From NCBI GenBank assembly GCA_000182565.2, contig KQ257450.1: a stretch of DNA of 64,000 bases, one strand, 5' to 3'. The notes under the pieces are model-generated. The model was given only the letters and a program-made list of their open reading frames with translations. It searched no databases and was not told the origin of the DNA. The DNA is from Spizellomyces punctatus DAOM BR117. Taxonomy: Eukaryota. Position numbers and translations under genes: made by a program. Positions 15,250-26,866 of this stretch are shown here, in pieces. How positions within the stretch are numbered: the first letter of the stretch is position 1; each line of letters opens with the position of its first letter.

Positions 15250-16593
15250 ATGTCATCACCCAGACCCCCAACGTCATCACCCAAACCCTCAACAAAACGC
15301 TGCACAAATCGCAAGTCCATTATCATCTCTTTCGTAGTCAGTCTATTACTATTGGCTCTCATACTGGGTCTCTCTCTCGGTCTGACCCGACCGAAGAACA
15401 ACGACAGTACCGGGACACCCATGACAACGTATTCGGGTTTACAGTCTGCCAAAGGCTCGGTCGACCTTGTCGCAAGCAGGTTAACGGGCGTACGATCGTT
15501 GCTGTTTGACCGCGCGACTGGGAAAGTTCTAAGTCTTGTTCGAGGGAAGCAGCAGGTTGTAGCGATTGCAGTAGTCCAGCCGTCAACTGCGGATTTTTCG
15601 CAGAATGTGATTCTCGATGTTTCGTCCTTAAATATTGGACTCAACCATGGTATGGCAATACACGAAGGGTACATCTACGCCAGCAGCGCATCATCCGTAT
15701 ATCGGTGGAAATATTCTGGCCAACCGATCGCGAAACCCGGTGAATACGAAACGTTTGTTAGTAACATTGACAGCGGCTTCCTACCTGGCGACACTGCAGC
15801 AGGGCACATTACTCGCACAATTCTCTTGGATTCCAATTGGCTCTATATCTCTGTAGGAAGCCTAGGTAATGTTGACCCGACCCCGTTCCGCTCCCGAATT
15901 CGGCGGGTGCCGTACAAAACATACAACTCGACCGCATTCAATTTCCAAACCGCAGAAGTATTTGCTGATGGTGTGCGCAATGCTGTGGCCATGGCTTTTG
16001 ATTCGAGAGGAAAGCTGTGGACAGCGGTAAACGGCCCGGATAATCTCGCGAGGCCCGATATCGGCAATGATATCGTTCAAGATAGCCCTATAGAACCCAT
16101 ATATCTGCTTGAGCAGCCTGGCCGTTTTTACGGCTACCCGTACTGCTTCACTCTAGGGAACGTTTCGGGGTCATTTGCTACAGACCCCTCCGTAGGCACA
16201 CAGTACGCTTGGCCGGACTCTATGAATGACGGTACCCACACCGATGCATGGTGCCGCGATCCTGCTAATGTGGTAACTCCCTCTGCCATGATCCAGGCCC
16301 ATAGTGCGCCGCTTGACATGGAATTCGGGCCTTCAGGGATGCTGTATGTGGCATTACATGGTAGTTGGAATCGGAACGTTCCAGCGGGATACTCTATCGT
16401 ACGCCTACCATTCAAGCCTGATGGATCTCCGACAGTGGACCGTGTGACAGATCGGGTGCTTTGGTTGTCGGACCAATTGTGCCCTGCAACTTCCGTAACC
16501 ACATGTTTCAGACCAGCAGGATTGGCCATCGTGGACAAGTATGTGTACGTCTCTAGTGATGCTACTGGGGAGATAGTCAGGTTTGAGTATTAG
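15250..16593 (+). CDS. Intronless soluble quinoprotein glucose/sorbosone dehydrogenase-like (AA12-like PQQ-dependent beta-propeller) with N-terminal TM anchor
   Basis: GHITRT, GSLGNVD, GVRNAV, YGYPYC, AHSAPLD, HGSWNR and CFRP motifs; hydrophobic IIISFVVSLLLLALILGLSLGL near the N-terminus. Confidence 0.85.
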   Translation: MSSPRPPTSSPKPSTKRCTNRKSIIISFVVSLLLLALILGLSLGLTRPKNNDSTGTPMTTYSGLQSAKGSVDLVASRLTGVRSLLFDRATGKVLSLVRGKQQVVAIAVVQPSTADFSQNVILDVSSLNIGLNHGMAIHEGYIYASSASSVYRWKYSGQPIAKPGEYETFVSNIDSGFLPGDTAAGHITRTILLDSNWLYISVGSLGNVDPTPFRSRIRRVPYKTYNSTAFNFQTAEVFADGVRNAVAMAFDSRGKLWTAVNGPDNLARPDIGNDIVQDSPIEPIYLLEQPGRFYGYPYCFTLGNVSGSFATDPSVGTQYAWPDSMNDGTHTDAWCRDPANVVTPSAMIQAHSAPLDMEFGPSGMLYVALHGSWNRNVPAGYSIVRLPFKPDGSPTVDRVTDRVLWLSDQLCPATSVTTCFRPAGLAIVDKYVYVSSDATGEIVRFEY

Positions 16594-17331
16594 GACATTC
16601 TTCAGGGGTGCTCTTTTTTGTAACAATGTATATGCTTGGTGGAGGAGGTGAAGGGTTTAGAAAGACATGTTACGTAGCTGTATATAGGAAGGATTGTAGG
16701 CTGTATTTCGGGCTGGATTTTTTCTATCCAATTGTCGTGACACGTAGCCGGGCACAGAATGTTTATTAACGTAGCATCCAGAATAATGACGAATATTGAA
16801 GTGACATTTTGTAGCTTCTATAGTTTGTTTCCAGCGTCTCCAAAAAGGATAAGGGCACGTACAAAATCGTGCCTCAACCTTCGTCATTATTTCGGACAAG
16901 TCTATCGATGCATTCAACGAAGTGGATCGGTTTGAATTATATATGTAAATGTGTGGCATACTTAATATCAGGTAAATACATATAAGTTAAATCGAACGAG
17001 TGCTGATTTTGTCCGGACACAAGTTGTACATTATTCGACATGCTGGAAACACACTGAGGTCCAGGTCGCTCCTATGTAGAAAAGACCTCCTCGTCCTAGC
17101 AACGCGCGCCGTTTTAGCTGCGCTCTTCCAATTGATTCCTTATCCCACAACAAATTTCTACTTGCCTCATAGCTTACGGATTCAGCAGATCAACGCCCTA
17201 TCAATCTTCGCCTCAAGCTAGTCGACTGGGTGTTCGGAACTCCACATCAGGAACCTCTCTTTTTTCTGCTTCGAAAATTCACGCTAGGAGGATGAGGCGG
17301 GGAGGTCCATCATCGCTCGCTTTTATTACGG

Positions 17332-17490
17332 CCGACCGACCGACAGGCAGGCAGGCAGACAAACATGGCAGGCAGGCAGACAAACATGGCAGGCAGGCAG
17401 ACAAAACACGGCAGGCAGGCAGACAAAACACGGCAGGCAGGCAGGCAGGCAGGCAGGCAGACAAAACACGGCAGGCAGGCAGGCAGGCAG
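17332..17490. repeat. Compound microsatellite: (CCGA)3, then (GGCA)n blocks interrupted by GACAAACAT/GACAAAACAC
   Basis: Directly visible: (GGCA)3-GACAAACAT x2, (GGCA)3-GACAAAACAC x2, (GGCA)7-GACAAAACAC, (GGCA)5. Confidence 0.95.
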
Positions 17491-17773
17491 TGTATGGCAC
17501 GAAAACAAGGGGGAGAGGTGGAAGAACCCTTTCGCGTTCCGTTCCATTCACGTCACGTGAGTCACTCTGCCATATGTTCGTTTTAATTGGCTTATTCAAT
17601 ACTCATGAGAATCAAACCTGGATCATTAACTATTCAACTTTACCAGTGGGTCGAACCAGGCTGATTCCAGTCATTTACGCGCTAAGTACTGGTTATGGCA
17701 TCTCCACATCTGGTCAGCATTTGACGTTGTCACACTTCCTCTTCTCAAGTGCCGCCAGGAAGGCATCTCAAAC

Positions 17774-20635
17774 ATGGCGACGGCGGCCACTGCCAGCCCT
17801 GTACCGGGTGACAAGTAAGCTCCCTCGCTGCCTTCCCATCCGGAAGATTCCCTTCCAACTATTAAATTACAATTTCCCTGTAGCAATTTTTTGACTGTCA
17901 CCGATCCGCGAACGAACACTACCATCACCGTTCCTATCAATACCAAGACCAAAACCATTCCAGGAACCGCTTTTGCACAATTGAAAATAACTCCTACTAA
18001 ACCGCCATCAGACGATCCCACCGACAAGGTACCGATTCGCCTGTATGATCCGGGATTCAAGAATACCACTGTGTGCAGGTCAAAAGTATCCAAAATCGAC
18101 CCTGACAATGGAAAATTGTACTATCGCGGGTACGATGTGGAAGAGCTAGTGGAAAAGAGCACGTATTTAGAAGTGGCATATCTTCTTATTTACGGAAATC
18201 TACCCACCAAGGTACTTTTTCCTGATGTTGCGGAGCTCATTCCCAGTTGACATTGACGACTGACGCCACAGGCTGAGCATGAACACTTTACGAAAGCTGT
18301 GATGACCCATACCTATATGCATACGGAGCTGGAACGACAGGTAGGCGAAACATTTAAGTGATGTCTGATACCACCTGGATGCTGTTCTGACCTGTCTGAT
18401 CTAGATGCTGACTTTTCGATACGATGCGCATCCCCATGGAATGCTTATTGCTACCATTGCATCACTCTCTACTTTTCATCCAGAAGCCAATCCGGCTCTT
18501 CATGGTGTCGACATGTACATGATGCCCAAGACAGCTCCTGGCAAGGAATTGTCTGCGGATGAACAGGAAAAAGCTGAAGCTGTTCGCTCAGTGCGCAACC
18601 GCGCAATCTTCCGTATGCTCGGTAAAGTTCCAACCATTGCTGCGAACGTGTACCGTCATAGATTGGGTAAGGACCATGCTGTCTGGATTGGAACAGTTTG
18701 TACTCCAACGGAGACCTGTAATATCCGTTGCATCCTTACCTTCAGGGCGACCATACAACCATCCGATGCCAAATTGTCTTGACTATTGTGAGAATGTTCT
18801 TTACATGATGGACAAGGTGTGCCTTTTGTGCTAAGGAGTCACGCGTACATTCAAACTCAACTCGTGGAGCTGTTAGCTGAACGAGCCCAATTTCAAACCC
18901 GATCCGCGTCTCATTAAGATTCTAAACTCCATGTTCATTTTGCTGGCGGGTAAGTGCCTGGACGTCTGTCCGAAGTGGGTTTCTCGTTGCTCAGTTCGTG
19001 ACCCACATAGAGCACGGCAGTAATTGCTCGACCGTTTTAATGCGACACTTGATTTCATCGGGGGTCGACCCATACACGGCTCTCTCCGGCGCAGCTGGCG
19101 CTCTGTTTGGTGAACGAAAAGCGTGAGTTTCAGCTGCGCGGATTTATGTTCCTTGGGTTCACCAAAGAAGACAAGGAGTGAATGAACGGTTACTTTATCC
19201 CAGGTCAGCGGTGATTGACATGTTAAAGCAGATTGGGAAGGTCGAGAAGATCCAGCTTTTCTTGAGTATGGTCAAAAGAAAAGAGACAGATGCGGCAGCC
19301 CTTTACGCCTCAAATGGTTTGGGCGGTGGGAAGAAAGCTACGCAAAAGAACACCCGCCCGCTCCGGCTTATGGGTTTTGGCCACAGGATCTATAAAACTG
19401 GTGATCCACGAGTCCGAGTTGCAAAAAAAGTGGCATTTGAGGTAAATTGTTTGATAGCTACTGGATCCTGGCGATGCATACTTGAGTGTTAACGTATATT
19501 TTAGCTGTTTGAGCTTATGGGCAAGGACAAATTGGTGGAGATAGCGATTGCTCTGGAGGAGGCGGTGATGGGGGACGAATGGTTTGTGCAGGTACATGTT
19601 CTACCGTTTCCCTTTGTCCAGTTTTCTGCAATGCCACTAACATCTGCGTTATTTAGCGGGGCCTCTATGCAAACATCGATTTCTGGACTGCCATTGTATT
19701 TCATACGCTGCGATTTCCTCCAGACATGTTCCCTGTATTGATGACCGTTCCAAGGTGTGTCTATAACGTCCCGTTGTTTGTGTACGACGATCCCTAAAAC
19801 AGTTGCAATAATGTAGAGTGGCGGGATTCATTGCAAACTGCTTGGAGAGCCTTGACGATCCAGAGTACAAGATATATCGTCCACGACAGGTATGATTCAC
19901 ACCGCGAGTGGAATCGCCAGAGTATCTGCTAAGGAGCCAGGCTTGCTAGATTTATATCGGAGAGACGCTCCGCAGCTATGCGCCAACCCGCACAAGGCGA
20001 CTGACAAACGTAACGCCCGCCTTGGAGGCACAGTATGTCCGAAGTGACCCGCTTGCAGCTAAGCGACGGAATGTCGCAGGTACACATTGAGCCATATCGT
20101 TGGATCGTGCCCGATTTACACTGACCATTCTCTCAGATCCAAATACTTTAGCTGAGGTGGACGATCTTATTTCACGTACCCAGAAGTCATTAGAAGATCT
20201 GAATGACAGGCTACTGGAAATTGAAGGTGCAGGAGTTGAGGTCGTAAACGAGAGCGGTATTCGTAACCGCTTCAGTACTTGGGTCGCTAGTCGACTGTTT
20301 GGAAACCCGAGCGGAGTGGGGCATACGATGCATCTGACAGAGGTAAGGCCCGGGTCCCTCTGCTGAGACTTTTCGTATTCTCACGCGGCTTTATGCTGTA
20401 AAAACAGCGACTGCATCAAACCCAAGCCGAGCTCACTCGACTGCTAGATCGGCAACGTGAGATCCTCGTCGCCGAAACGGCCGCAGAGGAGCCAGCGAGT
20501 GAGCCCCCACGCCATCTGCCCGTGTCCGCTGATCGTCAGCTGGGTGCCAGGTCTCCTGATTTGTCATCTGGAAGTCGCAGTCCGAGACCAATCTTGGTAC
20601 CAGAACGGCCAGGGTCAGCTCTGGGCAAAAAGTGA
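17774..20635 (+). CDS. Citrate synthase homolog (plant peroxisomal/bacterial type II-like), probable pseudoenzyme with C-terminal extension, multi-exon
   Basis: [82 protein letters not shown] is replaced by GERKAS. Confidence 0.92.
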
Positions 20636-21302
20636 AACTATTCTAGTTAGTATGTTTATTTCATAAACGCTTCAGTTATGGTAGCAAAATGGCACATGTG
20701 TGGCAAGGTCATCGAGCATTTGTGGAAAGCTGGGAATTCTCTGCGAACTCTACATGAAACCGACAATACAAGCCATCTGCCTTGCAAAATTCATACTTCT
20801 TTAGAACATAACTGCACGCTTACCTGGGTAGAGGTAGTTTCAATGACCAGATCCAGGGTTGTGGACACGCACCAGTATCCTTACGTCAGTGAACTTCATT
20901 TGGAATCCCATCATTGCCATTGGCCGCACATGTCCATCATGCTACATCAGCCGATGAAATCCAGGACCAATAGTAGCTGCAATTGGAGCGCATAAACTTG
21001 ATATGAAGGATATTGGACGACGCATGAATCTATTCCGACTTTCAGTGATTCGATCTTAACTTGGCCTGCGAGGCAAAGGTTACTGTGTGACGATCTGCTG
21101 CGCCAGCGACAATTTGCATTCTATGACAGCCATAGCCCAAACATAAAATGGCAAGTTGTAAAATCGGGTGCTTCATAGCTCATCGCCACCCATCATGCTC
21201 CTCAGTGCCCAATCTGCTTATATAATCCTACCTGAATCGCGTTCCGCAGCATCAGATCTTGTTCACCAGATCCTGTCCCGCTGCCACAGAAAAAGCAACA
21301 GC

Positions 21303-21864
21303 ATGACAGACTTGGGCAGCACGGCCAACCTTGCAGCGCCAGACAAAAGCGCCGGAGCAAGCGCCGACAAAGGCGAAGACAAGGACCCCAAGAAGAATTT
21401 CAACTATCCACTTGTTAGAGTAATGTCTCCCATTTTTTGCATGCATTCTTGATGCCATGCCGTTAATTACCGCATTCTATCTTTGATAGGTTTGTGATAT
21501 GGCAGAGGAACTTCGAGTGGAAGCTGTAGATATGGTGGTAACAGCAGTAGAAAAGCATCCAGGAAATTTTGAGGTCCGTGAACGTCCATGCCTACTGGAG
21601 CGTCCGTCAGTCATAACTAATTCGCGGAATAGGCTGCAGCACAAAATATTAAAGAGTTAATGGATAAGAGATGTGGAAATTCTTGGCATGCTGTGGTAGG
21701 AGAAGGTTACGGATTTGAAGTCACACATGAGATGCGGAACTTGCTTTACATGTACTTCGGTGGAAACCTCGTATGTCTCGCCGTACGCATTTTGAGTGAT
21801 CGCGTCCCCGTCTCATGACTATCCATATTTGCTGCAGGGTGTGCTCGTGTGGAAAGCCTCCTAG
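21303..21864 (+). CDS. DNAL4: Axonemal dynein light chain 4 (LC8-like), 4 exons
   Basis: NYPLVR/VCDMAEELRVEAVDMVVTAVEKH...IKELMDKRCGNSWHAVVGEGYGFEVTHEMRNLLYMYFGGNL/GVLVWKAS*. Confidence 0.93.
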
Positions 21865-22069
21865 CTGCGGATACACATATTCCAGGATCACCATGGGGAT
21901 TGAATTGCAGGAGCTCCTCTATTTCCTCGAAATAAGGGCCTAATAACGGGCATAGTTCTTGTATAGGTTGCCATCGCTGCAGCATATCTAATTTAAATGT
22001 ATGTACTCGGGTTGATAATGCTTCACTATCTACACTGCTTCTATGTACCTTTGGTGTATATGACGGAGG

Positions 22070-25000
22070 CTACGCTGTGGAAAACGGTACGCTAAATAAC
22101 CGGACGGAGTGATCTTCGCTGCAAGTAGCCAGCTGGAGGACTTCAGTCGACGTGGAACTCCGCTCGTCTGCTTGTATTCTTCGTGTTCGCCATGCTACTG
22201 ATTTCACGGGGCCTGCGTGGCAATCGCTACAAATAGTCTGATTTCAGCATGAACAACTGGAAACTGGAGACAGTTCAGGTCTTACTCAAGCGGTATAGAA
22301 ACAGATTCCGTCCATGACGCGTTGTTGTCTTCTAGCGAGAGTTGGAATACTTGTATCCGCCCGTCTTCCAGTCCCGCGGCAAGAATGTAGCTGGAGTTAA
22401 TGAGGGGAAATTCGAAGTATTAACTTCTCTACAATACTGGCCATCGTCGAGTTTATCTGTGATAATCATACCTGTTGGCAATCAGGCGAGGGGCAAAATC
22501 TACAGCCGTCACTCCCTCCCCAAATTTCAGCGTGGTGAGTGCTTTCCAAGAGGTACCATCGAATTGTTTAGCCCATATTTTCACAGTCTTGTCCCGAGAT
22601 CCAGTGGCAAAGAAGCGCACATCATGAGACCATGCGCCGTCCCAGATGATGCGCATATGCGCCTTCGCTTGGAAAGCCACAGGACTGTAGGACTGTAGGT
22701 CGTCCGTGCGTTGAAACAAGGCCCAGGCGCGATCACGGCCGACCGTCAAAATATAACGATCGTCGGGAGAAAAGCGGATGCCTGCAACCGTTAGGTTATG
22801 TGCGGCTAGAGGAGCACATACTTCCTTCCAGGTTTTTGTCGACCAGAGACGGATCGCAGCATGCTCTGCTTTAGCAGCCTGAAAGCGAACGCAGCTAAGA
22901 ATTGGAGAGGGTCGTTCAAGCCACAGGCAAAGTTCATTCATACCTTGCAAGCAGAGGCTACGAAATTGCCGTCATGACTGGCAGCAACGCTGATGATTTC
23001 ATAGCCATGCCCGTAAAGTTTGTTTGTCTCCGGCCACAATGTATGTTGCAAAAGGTGTTGTTCGAATGGTGGTTGAGTCAGCGCTTCAAGTAAGGATGTC
23101 GGTGTGCTAGCTACGGCTGTGTATGCTGACAGATTTCTGAAGTCATGGGACGCTTCAGCTGTTTTCATGTCCCCTATTATTTCCAATTGGTCACAAATGC
23201 ATATGATTTATTCGCCGTTAGCATTTAGTTTCACATACCTTCAAATACCGCCTTGTTGGAAAGTCCCAGAGCTGGTACGCTGGCGCCAATCGGTAGTTGT
23301 TCTATGGACGTCGGTTGCTCAGTTTCTTGGGTCAAGCCTTGCAACGACTGAACAAAGGTTCGTGGTGCCTCGAACACGCGAAGAACCTGTAAAGAGGTCA
23401 GTCAGGTGGCCAGATGAATTATGCTTTCCGGACAATAATACCCAATATTATCGAGCATACCTTTTCATCAGCACCGCTTACAAACTGATATTTGTGGACA
23501 AATGCTAGACAATGCAAGTCGTACCCATGTATCTGCGGCCGCGCAACTTCGTGCCATGTGGTTGCAGTATCCCGCTTCCATGGCGCGAACAATCGCGTCG
23601 TCTGGTCCAAGCTGGCAAGATTTGTAAGGCTTGCTGTCTCCGTCGGAAATTGCTGTGATGGACACTGAAACAAACCTTGTGCTGACAAAGAACTGTCCCG
23701 ATGGGTCCCAGCTCAGATCTTCAACAGATTTAAAATGACCACTGATCCCGATCCGCGGTGTCCATTCTAATGCAGGGTTAACAGCGAATTCCTTGTCACC
23801 CAATGCACAAGCGACCTTACCATTTTCACTCGCCTGTGACCAGACATGAAGGGCTCCATTGTAACCGTTGGCCAGCACCCAGTTCCCATTGGGGCTGAAC
23901 AAGCTCCCGTAGAAGCCAAGGGTGCTACCGCCAATTTCACCAAGCCGCACCTGATATCCAGAGCCAATTGAAGTGAGCAGCGCCATGCCGAACATCAATG
24001 TCAGTCGCGACCACCAGTACCTCATTGATCCAAGTGCCACTTATTGGGTCTGGTCGCCAAATCATTATGGATTTATCGGCTGACGCCGATACAAGTGCCA
24101 TTGGTTGATGGTAGGAGTTGCTCGCCTCGACTATATAGCATGCAACATCGATGGGTATCACTTGCCATTTATTGTCAACAACTGGTCACTTACCTCCGAT
24201 GAGCGGTGCTTGCCATGCGGCACTATGGACCCAATCATCGTGTCCCATGAGCAGGGCATCAAACATAATTGTGTATTTGCGCTTGCTGAGACGATTTTAG
24301 GAGATAAGGGAGGTATGATAAAGAATATTTCGTTCGAACCTGATCAAACTGTCATTGATGTCCTCCACCTCTATAAGATGGGCTTTCGTGCTGAGTTGGA
24401 ACCCTCCATCTTCCCTTCACAGGGTAAGCCGTAAGAATCTATTTGTTGATCACAAACGAATTCTCCAACAGAACTTACAATCCGGCATCCGCTAACGCGT
24501 TCATCATTTGATTTGTAAAATCATCTACGTCTCCGTTGGTGGCAACATCCCCAGCTGCATCAGATATTTTCCAAATACGAATATATTTGTCCTGTGAGGC
24601 ACTTGCAAGCATCAAGTCGCCATCCCGGAAGTGCGGCTGCTGTCTGTCATCATCATCTGCTGATGTGTACGTCGCTATATCCAGTGATCGGATCCAATCG
24701 GAATGACCCTGCAACTCAAGCGCTTTGGCAAACTTTGACAGGGCATCAGTCTACCGTGAAACAGATTGACGAAGAGGAGTAAACGGATACCACACCTGCT
24801 TTCGCTCCCTTATGTATACAGTCATCCGGCTATCTGTGCCGCCGCTAATGAGAACAGGTACTGTTAGAGGAAGGTCAGTAAACGTGAAGTAAACAACTAA
24901 ACATGTATACATGCGATACATGTGAGCACATTGGATACAGGCATTTTTTAACCATACCTGTCGAATTTGGGAGGTATGCTAGGGCAAGACACATCGCATA

Positions 25001-25727
25001 TCTAGCACCCACCGAGAGAACTTGAACGCAGCGGACGATATCCTCTAAAGGCCCTGGATGATTAATGGTGCTGTCTCAATCATGTCACCATATAGCAGTC
25101 GCTTTACCATTTCCCTCTAATCTCTCCCATATTCTTATTGTCCCATCAGATGCCGCAGAGGCGATCAAGTCCAAGTCTCCAGGTATGTTTCGTCCCCTTA
25201 CAACGCCGATACTCGTTATTCCAGCAGTATGTCCTTCCAAGACTGCCGAACAAATCCACTGAGAGCCTTGATTAGTTCAACGCCTACAGTAAAATCGGTA
25301 CGAACCAACCTGGTCATCACCAATCTTCTTCCATATTCGAAGGGTCTTATCAGCAGATCCCGAAACAAGTCCTACATCACGCTGTCCGCTCCCGGATCCT
25401 ATCCAGTTTTCCATCAGCCGCATTGAAAATGACTTTAAGGCTTCTGTGTGTATTACCTCTTCTTAGATACTTGAGGCAGTTAACACGGTCCCTGTGACCA
25501 CGCAACGTGGAAATAGTGCCGTGAGATGTCGCAGCCTAGGAAACAATTTTAACGTCCTCCTCAAAGCAAATTTACTTCGATTACGGAAAACTAACTTCTG
25601 GTCTATACAATGCGACAAAGTGGTTGGCAGCAAAAGCAACAAGTCCGTCTGCCGCCGCATCTGCCGCCTGGCTGACTCGGTTACAACCAATGCCCACAAA
25701 GTCAAGCGACGCTTTTGCGGACGCCAT
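22070..25727 (-). CDS. ELP2: Elongator complex subunit Elp2 (WD40), multi-exon
   Basis: GIGCNR start, [60 protein letters not shown]. Confidence 0.95.
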
Positions 25728-25992
25728 GCGAACTGGACTGCAATTAACAACGTTTTACAATACGCGCACGTACAACAGGTGAGTGAGCGTAGAGCAGAAA
25801 GCCTCTTGACCCAGGTTTCTTAAGCTAGGATTGCCAGTGATCTCTGGAGTGTAGATCACAGTGGGTGGGTGCTGGAGTTCTTACTCAGCTTGCTGTTGCC
25901 ATGGCATCAAATTCACCGACCTTCAGGCGAAGGTCGAAGAGTGTATCTAGAGGTTGCAAGAATTCGACTTCACCCTTCCATCACACGCAAAC

Positions 25993-26596
25993 ATGAACTT
26001 CGGAAACTTTGGTCAGCAGACGCAGGTTCAGAGCAACGTCAACATGTCCATGGCCGAGCAGGAACTGGTAAGAGCGACATATGCGCCCCGATGTCCGTCC
26101 AACGCATAATACCGTGATCAATTGTCCACCGTTGTAATCCCTGTGGGAAACCTTGATCGTTGGATACTAAGCCGCGGAAGAACAAACTGAAACTAGTCAA
26201 AGCTGCCTTTGAAGGACATGGGCACCGCTTTGCATCATTTGTCGAACTCAGGAAAATGAGTTTTCATGCTCGAGCTTTGTGATCTGTAGTGCTATAGCAG
26301 TAACTGATCCCGTGCCTTTCCATGTTTGCATCTCTTTAATTAGGAAATGGTGACTACGTTGTTCAACAAGTGAGTTTCCTATTTTACTTCGTCAGAATCG
26401 TTCATGGGCTAATCTGGCCGTTGTCAGCATCGTCGATTCATGCTATAGAAAGTGCGTACCCCCGAAATACCAAGACGGCGAGCTGAATAAAGGAGAATCC
26501 GTCTGCATTGACCGTTGTGTTGCGAAATACTTCGAAGTGAACATGAAAGTAGGACAGAAGCTTACAGCGCAAGCAAACCAAGGGCAACTGCGATAG
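25993..26596 (+). CDS. TIM10: Mitochondrial intermembrane-space chaperone Tim10, 3 exons
   Basis: AEQEL/EMVTTLFN/IVDSCYRKCVPPKYQDGELNKGESVCIDRCVAKYFE; twin CX3C motif. Confidence 0.94.
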
Positions 26597-26866
26597 TCCT
26601 ATCGATCAGCACCATTACCCTATATAGATAAAGAGGCGCAGGGAATCGCAGAGGCTGGAAGCAATACAGCCGATCAGCAACACACAGATCACCCGCGAGC
26701 GTAATATGGCTCTGTGTGATAGTCTACGTAGGAGACCTCGGCGAGCAGGGCCACCCACGTGGAGTAATTTGTTCTTAACATTGTAGATTTCATGCACAAT
26801 ATATACCGCATTCGTTCCGTCGTCAGGTGACTTCCATAGTCGTCTGGTGCGTAGTCTAATGTACAA

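Noticed and set aside
17332-17490. CRISPR-like repeat-spacer array
   Set aside because: Spacers are near-identical 9-10-mers, the repeats are a simple tetranucleotide, there are no cas genes and the context is eukaryotic.
17279-17894. ORFs of 73-200 aa across the GGCA repeat
   Set aside because: Open only because the repeat lacks stop codons; low-complexity products with no family features.
15250-20635. Biosynthetic gene cluster built from the dehydrogenase and CS-like gene
   Set aside because: No PKS/NRPS, transporter or cluster regulator nearby, the flanks are housekeeping genes, and the CS lacks a catalytic residue.
20678-20995. 105-aa ORF between the CS homolog and DNAL4
   Set aside because: No recognisable motif or splice structure; probably chance.
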